A stretch of DNA of 64,000 bases from a candidate division WOR-3 bacterium (lineage in GTDB: Bacteria; Hydrothermota; Tepidihabitantia; SM23-42; JAOAFX01), in NCBI GenBank assembly GCA_026416055.1, contig JAOAFX010000003.1, positions 589-64,588 on the forward strand, given 5' to 3'. Position 1 is the first letter of the stretch. Each line of letters starts with the position of its first letter. Made by a program: the position numbers and the translations under genes. This document shows, in pieces, positions 58,363 through 64,000 of this stretch. The notes below the pieces were generated by a model that saw nothing but the letters and a program-made list of their open reading frames with translations, made no database searches and was not told the DNA's origin.

Positions 58363-59161
58363 TGGTTATAAAATACAGATAGAAAAATGGAATATTAAAA
58401 ATCAATGAGTCGAGCCGGTCCAGGAAACCACCATGACCTGGAAAGACATTCGATGCATCTTTTAAGCCCACTTCACGCTTCATCCCTGACTCAAACAGAT
58501 CCCCCACTGTACCCAGAATACCAATTCCCAGAGTTATCCATATGCTATCAATCAGATCAAATTTTTTTACCCATAATGAATTGAACCATAAGGTAAAGGG
58601 AAATGTAAGCAGGAATGCAAAAATCGTTCCTTCAATAGATTTTTTAGGACTCAATCTTTCTGCCAGCCTGTGCCTTCCCCATATTGTACCAACAAGATAG
58701 GCAAATGTGTCATATATCCAAGTAAGTAGTAATGGCAGAAGACTTACACAAAAACCATATTTTCTTAAAAGAATTATTGTTGAGGGGAGTACTGAAATAT
58801 AAAACACACCAAAAAAATTGGCACTGACTTCAGCGAGAAAATTCGGTTTACGCCTGCTGCCGGGAAATCGCATTACAGATAAGAGGGTGATAAAAAAAAA
58901 GAGAACAAAACCAGGTAACAGGGGTGGTATTTCAAAGTAAAATATTAGGGGAATCGTATATCCCGGAAAAAGGACCGCGAGGGTGTGGGGATAGATATCC
59001 TTGCGATGCCAGAACCGGAAATACTCATTTGTTGCAAAAGTAATAAAAAATAAAAGTAATAAAGGGAGTAGGATATTATCAATCCATAAAACGACAATGA
59101 CTACTGCAACGAGTATTGCACCCGTTTTTATCCGTTTTAATATATCATTAAATGCCGCCAA
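58355..59161 (-). CDS. cdsA: phosphatidate cytidylyltransferase
   Basis: It is a multi-TM protein. The C-terminal signature is GHGGFLDRLDS. Confidence 0.8.
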   Translation of the reverse strand: MAAFNDILKRIKTGAILVAVVIVVLWIDNILLPLLLLFFITFATNEYFRFWHRKDIYPHTLAVLFPGYTIPLIFYFEIPPLLPGFVLFFFITLLSVMRFPGSRRKPNFLAEVSANFFGVFYISVLPSTIILLRKYGFCVSLLPLLLTWIYDTFAYLVGTIWGRHRLAERLSPKKSIEGTIFAFLLTFPFTLWFNSLWVKKFDLIDSIWITLGIGILGTVGDLFESGMKREVGLKDASNVFPGHGGFLDRLDSLIFNIPFFYLYFITNG

Positions 59162-59852
59162 ACAATCGCTCCCGATTTTTAAAATCTTCTATTGCTTTAA
59201 GGAATTCTTTTTTCCGAAAATCAGGCCAGAGGGTTCTGGTAAAATATATCTCGGCATAAGCAATTTGATATAATAAAAAGTTGGAGATCCTTTCACGCCG
59301 CTCAGCACCGGTTCTTATCAATAAATCGGGCGGAGGAAGTTCCGGATCATAAAGGTATCGGACAAAATTCTTTTCGTCCAGTTCATCAAGATTCAGCATC
59401 TTTTTTCTATCCTCAAGAACAATCTTTTTCACAGCGTCAACAATTTCACTCTGTCCTCCATAATTAAGGCAGAGTGTCAGGATGAGCGCATCATTGTTCT
59501 TCGTCAGTGTCAGGGCTTCTTCAAGTGCCTTTCGAGCACTGGGGTACAGTCCATCGAGTCTTCCGATTGCATTTATTCTCACTCTATTTTTGTTTAGCTC
59601 CGGGGTCTCTTTTTTAAGCATCTCTTCAAGCATGTTCATCAATGTCTGGACTTCCTCTGCAGGTCTTTTCCAGTTTTCAGTTGAAAAAGTATAAAGGGTG
59701 AGGTACTTTATGCCTATCTCACGTGCTGTTTTTACTATTATCCTTACTGATTCTACTCCTTCTCTATGGCCAATGACCCTGGGTAAACCTCTTTTCCTTG
59801 CCCAGCGTCCATTACCATCCATTATGATCGCCACATGATTGGGTTCAGCCAC
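59148..59852 (-). CDS. uppS: isoprenyl transferase (undecaprenyl-diphosphate synthase)
   Basis: The motifs HVAIIMDGNGRWA and FSTENWKRP are present, and the C-terminus reads ...RERLFGGI. Confidence 0.9.
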   Translation of the reverse strand: MAEPNHVAIIMDGNGRWARKRGLPRVIGHREGVESVRIIVKTAREIGIKYLTLYTFSTENWKRPAEEVQTLMNMLEEMLKKETPELNKNRVRINAIGRLDGLYPSARKALEEALTLTKNNDALILTLCLNYGGQSEIVDAVKKIVLEDRKKMLNLDELDEKNFVRYLYDPELPPPDLLIRTGAERRERISNFLLYQIAYAEIYFTRTLWPDFRKKEFLKAIEDFKNRERLFGGI

Positions 59853-59946
59853 AATGAATTATATTGTAAATCATGGATTTGTCAACAAATTCATTTTAAA
59901 ACTATTGACATATAAAAAAAAATTAATATAATTATTGCGGGTTAGT

Positions 59947-60588
59947 ATGGAAAACTATTATAGTATTCTCGGGGTAAGTGCAACGGCGACTGCAAATGAG
60001 ATAAAAAATGCCTATATGAAACTTGCAAAACAGTATCATCCTGATCGATTTACTGACCCGGGCGAAAAACAGAAGGCAAATGAACAGTTTGCCAAAATTA
60101 CTGCTGCCTATCGTGTTCTCTCAGATGAGAAATTGCGCGCCGAGTATGACAAATCTCTTGAGAAAGGTGCCAAACCCCACGAGGATATTCAGGCGACTCA
60201 GGCCAAAAATGCATTCACAAGGGCTATTGAGTTTTTAAAGAGCAAAGACCCCTGGCGTGCGGTGAATCTACTACGTATCGCCTGTCGTTATGATCCTCAA
60301 CCCATATACCTTTCTTATCTTGGTCTCGCCCTTGTATATACCCGTCAGTATCAAAAAGAAGGTTTTGAAAAACTTCAGGAAGCCGCGAAACGATTGATGT
60401 TCAATCCTGTGGTATATGTAAATCTTGGGCTTGCCTATGAATTTACTGGCAACAGAGAACAGGCTTTGAAATACTATAATGAAGCGTTGAACTGGGATAG
60501 CAATAATGCAACTGCCCGTAAGGCCATTGAAAGGCTCCAGCCCAAGAAAGAAAACTTCTTTTCGAAATTATTCGGAGGAAAAAAATGA
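59947..60588 (+). CDS. J-domain protein with C-terminal TPR
   Basis: The J-domain [32 protein letters not shown] (HPD) is followed by TPR. The start is the ATG; the track start is a TTG. Confidence 0.7.
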   Translation: MENYYSILGVSATATANEIKNAYMKLAKQYHPDRFTDPGEKQKANEQFAKITAAYRVLSDEKLRAEYDKSLEKGAKPHEDIQATQAKNAFTRAIEFLKSKDPWRAVNLLRIACRYDPQPIYLSYLGLALVYTRQYQKEGFEKLQEAAKRLMFNPVVYVNLGLAYEFTGNREQALKYYNEALNWDSNNATARKAIERLQPKKENFFSKLFGGKK

Positions 60589-60827
60589 AGAAAACTGCGC
60601 TTCTGGAGATGCTTGAGGACCTCTGTCGAAAACTCTCAATCATTGTCAAGTATGACCGCTTCTTTGGCCGTGGTGGATATTGCCGGCTCAAGCAAAAATC
60701 TTTCTTCATAATAAACGAAAATCTTTCTAACGCCACAAAGGAAGATATTTTTATCCGGGAGTTGAGTCAATTAAACATTAATCCCGAGTTGATTCCACCA
60801 AGGTTGAAAGAAGTTTTGAAAAAATGA
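60585..60827 (+). CDS. small hypothetical protein (80 aa), translationally coupled
   Basis: It overlaps on both sides by ATGA. No family was recognised. Confidence 0.4.
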   Translation: MKKTALLEMLEDLCRKLSIIVKYDRFFGRGGYCRLKQKSFFIINENLSNATKEDIFIRELSQLNINPELIPPRLKEVLKK

Positions 60828-61045
60828 AATTCGCAATTTTTATTATATTCCTCGCTCTTTTTTTCTGGCTGGGTAATTTAGGTGTGGTTTTACCAGGGCG
60901 GGACTGGCCAGTAATTCTGATATTTTTCGGATTTTTAAACCTTATTTTGTTACCCAGATACTCTCGAAAAAAAATCATTGAAGACTTAGAAAAAGGTAGA
61001 ATCACTCCGGAAGAGGCTCTGAAAAGATTGGAACGATTGCATTAA
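60824..61045 (+). CDS. small two-TM membrane protein with C-terminal SHOCT-like motif
   Basis: There are two hydrophobic helices. The tail IEDLEKGRITPEEALKRLERL fits the SHOCT pattern (L..G.IT.EEY...L). Confidence 0.45.
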   Translation: MKFAIFIIFLALFFWLGNLGVVLPGRDWPVILIFFGFLNLILLPRYSRKKIIEDLEKGRITPEEALKRLERLH

Positions 61046-62067
61046 TAGACAACTTTCTTTTCGAATCTAAGAAAAAAGTTTTTATCTGTGCCTGTGAACC
61101 ATCCGGTGACCTTTATGCTGCCCTTTTTGTAAAAGACCAATTAACAAAATACAGAAAAATATACGGAGTGGGCGGCGATAATTTAAAGAGCACAAAAGTA
61201 AAAATAATTCATGAATACAAAAATTTAAAGACCCTTGGATTCACTGCAGGCATAGGCACTTTTATGAAAAATTTTTTGATGTACAGAAAAATCGCCCGCT
61301 CCATTTTTAAAATAAAACCAGCATTTTTTATTGCTGTAGCATATCCGGGAGTGAATCTGCTACTCTGCCGTTATGCAAAAAAACTCGGTATCAAAACCAT
61401 ATATCTTTTACCACCGCAGATCTGGGCATGGGGTTCTTTCAGAAAATACTTTATAAAAAAATGGGTAGATCTTAATATATCAGTCTTTCCTTTTGAATAT
61501 CAGTTTTACAAATCATTAAATCTCAAAGTGATATACTGGCAAAATCCTCTGTTTGGACTATTAAAAGGATACAGAAGGCAGATTATATCAAACCAAATAG
61601 GAGTGATGCCTGGTTCAAGAATCCCTGATCTGAAAAGGAATTTAAAAATAATAAATGGAATAATAAAAGAATTACCGGATTTTAATTTTACTTTTATTCT
61701 GCATCCTGAAATCCAATTCAACCAATTTGAAAAATTAGTATTAAAAGAATCCTTGAATAAAATTAAAATTGTATCACTTGACCGATATCAGGAAATGTGT
61801 AAATGTCGGGTTATTATCACATGTTCAGGAACTGCTTCTTTTGAGACCGCACTTTTGCGGATTCCCCAGGTATTCTTTTATTATCCCGACTTTCTTGATT
61901 ATCATATATTCCGTCACTTTTTGAAAATAAATGAATACAATTTAGTCAATCTGTACTATGGTCAAAAACTGATTCCTGTTTTTGTCTCACGCAACAAAAA
62001 GAAATTGATTCAAAAGGTCGCAGGGGAATTGTATAGATTGCTAAAACCCGGCAATAAAAATTGTTGA
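61027..62067 (+). CDS. lpxB: lipid-A-disaccharide synthase
   Basis: The N-terminal VFICACEPSGD and the PPQIWAW...FPFE motifs of LpxB lie upstream of the track start at 61168. The frame is open back to 61021. The first start codon is the TTG at 61027; there is no ATG. Confidence 0.65.
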   Translation: MGTIALIDNFLFESKKKVFICACEPSGDLYAALFVKDQLTKYRKIYGVGGDNLKSTKVKIIHEYKNLKTLGFTAGIGTFMKNFLMYRKIARSIFKIKPAFFIAVAYPGVNLLLCRYAKKLGIKTIYLLPPQIWAWGSFRKYFIKKWVDLNISVFPFEYQFYKSLNLKVIYWQNPLFGLLKGYRRQIISNQIGVMPGSRIPDLKRNLKIINGIIKELPDFNFTFILHPEIQFNQFEKLVLKESLNKIKIVSLDRYQEMCKCRVIITCSGTASFETALLRIPQVFFYYPDFLDYHIFRHFLKINEYNLVNLYYGQKLIPVFVSRNKKKLIQKVAGELYRLLKPGNKNC

Positions 62068-62096
62068 CTTAATGAAAATTTCTTATATAATAGATT

Positions 62097-62951
62097 ATGG
62101 AAATTGACAACCTTGTAACCAGTCATACAGGAATCGGTGAATTGTTAGCGAACGAACTGATAAAACTCGGAGAGACCGTGTACACAGTCTTTCCCAGTCC
62201 TAAAGAAGTGCCGATGTCTTTCCTCGGAAAGATAAATCTAAAATATGGATTTGTTAAATTTGACCAGGAATTGAACATTGAAAAAGGATTACCAAGAAAA
62301 GTAAAAAACATCTTTCACATCTATGAAGCATATACTGGTCCTTTTCCTAAAATTTTTATGTCAAACGTTACCACAACACTTTTGCTTCTGGAATGGGCAA
62401 AGAAGGTAGGGGTGAATAAGTTTATCCTTCTTTCTTCAGGAGAAGTTTATGGGCACGGTGAGGAGATAAATGAAAATGCTCCATATAACCCACGCAGTTT
62501 TTATGCAACAACTAAATTTCACGCCGAAACCCTTTCCCGGTACTACAGCCGGAATTTTGAATTGAAAATTCTACGACTTTTCTTTCCTTACGGAAAAAAT
62601 CTTCAACAGGGCTATCTCTACAATCTTTTCGAATCTCTCAAAAATACAGGAGTAATCGAAACCGATTACGGTGTTGTCTGTCCAACGCTCATTGATGATA
62701 TCATAGGACCTCTAATAAAATTGCGCGATCAGCCTGGTAATAATGTATATAATATTTGCGGTTCCCCGGTACAAACTCTAGATTTAATCAGGGAAATTGA
62801 ATCGGCTTCAGGAAAAAATGCAAAAAGCAAAAAAACGGGTAAAACGATACTCTGTGGTAATTGTAAGAAGGCAATAGAAGAACTCGGATTTAAAGAGACA
62901 CCTTTCAAAGAAGGATTAAGACAGATAGTAGAAAAAAGCAGTGATGAATGA
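62097..62951 (+). CDS. NAD-dependent epimerase/dehydratase family protein
   Basis: The N-terminus has TSHTGIGE in place of GxxGxxG, followed by SSGEVYG and YATTKFHAE (YxxxK). Confidence 0.7.
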   Translation: MEIDNLVTSHTGIGELLANELIKLGETVYTVFPSPKEVPMSFLGKINLKYGFVKFDQELNIEKGLPRKVKNIFHIYEAYTGPFPKIFMSNVTTTLLLLEWAKKVGVNKFILLSSGEVYGHGEEINENAPYNPRSFYATTKFHAETLSRYYSRNFELKILRLFFPYGKNLQQGYLYNLFESLKNTGVIETDYGVVCPTLIDDIIGPLIKLRDQPGNNVYNICGSPVQTLDLIREIESASGKNAKSKKTGKTILCGNCKKAIEELGFKETPFKEGLRQIVEKSSDE

Positions 62952-64000
62952 AGTTCTTTTAATAAATCCTGAAGAAAAAGAAATTTCAGAAAAATTACCA
63001 CCACTGGAGATTGCCTCAATTGCTGCGTTCCTCGAAGAGAAAGGTATATCGGTCAAGATAGTGGACTTCAATGTAGAAAAAAAAGGACTGGAGCACTGGT
63101 TATCTTCATACCAGCCTAAATTTCTCGGCATCTGGGGAACACCTTTAAATCGGTTTGAGTCATTCCGGCTGGCACGGATTGCCAAATCAGTCAACAAGGA
63201 TCTCATAGTTGTTTTGCTCGGTCCGTACGCGACCTTTACCGCTTTGCAAGTGCTTCAGGATATCCCGGAAATCGATTTTGTAATAAGGGGTGAGGGGGAG
63301 AATGTATTTTATGAATTAATTAAGGCTTTCGGTACGGATCTGGATTTTGAAAAAATCCGAGGATTAAGTTTCAGAATGGATAATAATCCAGTCCAGAACC
63401 CTCCGGCTCTCCGTTTACACCTCGATTCTCTGCCTCCTCCTTCTTACCATCTTTTGAATATGAAACGTTATGAAATAAAAATGGACTTTATTAAAAAAAG
63501 GGGTATTTCAATCAGCTCATCGCGCGGTTGTTTACACCGTTGTAATTTCTGTCTCACCGGCAAAATGTATAACAATCTTCTTACAGTTCGATCTCCCAGG
63601 CATGTGGTAGATGAAGTTGAAAAACTTTTAAAGATCTATCATTTTGAAGCGATAAAATTTGTGGATTCAGTGCTGTCTCTGGACCGTGAACACATTGAAA
63701 ATCTGTGCGATGAAATTATCAATAGAAATTTAAAACTTCCATGGGAGTGTGAGGTTTGCCCAGGCACAGTAGATGAACAACTGCTGGAAAAGATGAAACA
63801 GGCTGGCTGTTATCTTGTCAACATCGGGATCGAATCCGGTAGCCAGAAAGTTCTCGATCTGATGCGCAAAGGAATTACAGTAGAACAGGCAGAGCATTTG
63901 CTCCAGCTTTGTGCCGAATCCGGGATAAAAGTGAAAGCCTTCTTCTCTTTCGGGCATATAAGTGAAACAATGGCCGACGTTGAAAAGACATTTGAATTTA
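62944..64000 (+). CDS. B12-binding-domain radical SAM protein, partial (runs off window end)
   Basis: The ATG overlaps the epimerase stop by 8 bp. A B12-binding-like N-terminal domain is followed by ...SSSRGCLHRCNFC (CxxxCxxC). It is absent from the track because it has no stop. Confidence 0.75.
   Translation, partial: MNEVLLINPEEKEISEKLPPLEIASIAAFLEEKGISVKIVDFNVEKKGLEHWLSSYQPKFLGIWGTPLNRFESFRLARIAKSVNKDLIVVLLGPYATFTALQVLQDIPEIDFVIRGEGENVFYELIKAFGTDLDFEKIRGLSFRMDNNPVQNPPALRLHLDSLPPPSYHLLNMKRYEIKMDFIKKRGISISSSRGCLHRCNFCLTGKMYNNLLTVRSPRHVVDEVEKLLKIYHFEAIKFVDSVLSLDREHIENLCDEIINRNLKLPWECEVCPGTVDEQLLEKMKQAGCYLVNIGIESGSQKVLDLMRKGITVEQAEHLLQLCAESGIKVKAFFSFGHISETMADVEKTFEF

Overview
The window is a 64-kb chromosomal segment from a moderately AT-rich Gram-negative bacterium. 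The Gram-negative call rests on lipid A genes lpxD, lpxC and lpxB, a TolC/MFP/RND efflux locus, outer-membrane beta-barrels and an Lpp-like lipoprotein. It is probably from the Fibrobacteres-Chlorobi-Bacteroidetes (FCB) supergroup or an allied candidate phylum, because one secreted protease carries a type-IX-secretion-style C-terminal sorting domain and TPR-rich proteins are abundant. Gene density is high, with many 4- and 8-bp overlaps. Housekeeping content includes alr, rnc, a RidA homologue, lpxD-lpxC, the RNase P RNA (rnpB), tRNA-Pro(GGG), a stand-alone tRNA-Ile(GAT), nadE, a 2[4Fe-4S] ferredoxin, msrB, a pyrK-pyrD-pyrF-pyrE operon, tldD, rarA, cdsA and uppS. No CRISPR array, transposase, integrase or recognisable phage-defence enzyme is visible. 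The less ordinary content is listed here and detailed under findings. (1) A co-directional gene block of about 10 kb (3151-13362): a LysM protein, a stand-alone cNMP-binding protein, a small membrane protein, a 1241-aa all-TPR protein, an 846-aa coiled-coil protein with about 25-residue tandem repeats and an N-terminal Cys cluster, a DUF4412-like secreted protein, and an ECF sigma / zinc-finger anti-sigma pair. (2) A module at 27574-33880 made of two paralogous TPR-membrane proteins with a (I/L)PGxG motif, an extended YidD-like protein, a DUF4159-like protein, and a 1014-aa membrane-anchored coiled-coil giant. It is expressed from a divergent promoter region in which both flanking genes appear to be leaderless. 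(3) A TetR-controlled efflux locus with tandem MFP-RND pairs. The first RND gene carries an in-frame TAA 44 codons before its natural end. (4) A degraded surface-protein gene of at least three frame fragments that abuts tRNA-Pro. (5) An MFS transporter gene broken at a T7 homopolymer. (6) A non-coding tract of about 620 bp upstream of the TetR promoter. (7) A J-domain/TPR protein translationally coupled to two tiny proteins upstream of lpxB. The provided ORF track treats GTG and TTG as starts, so several listed starts were re-evaluated against SD motifs and neighbouring genes.
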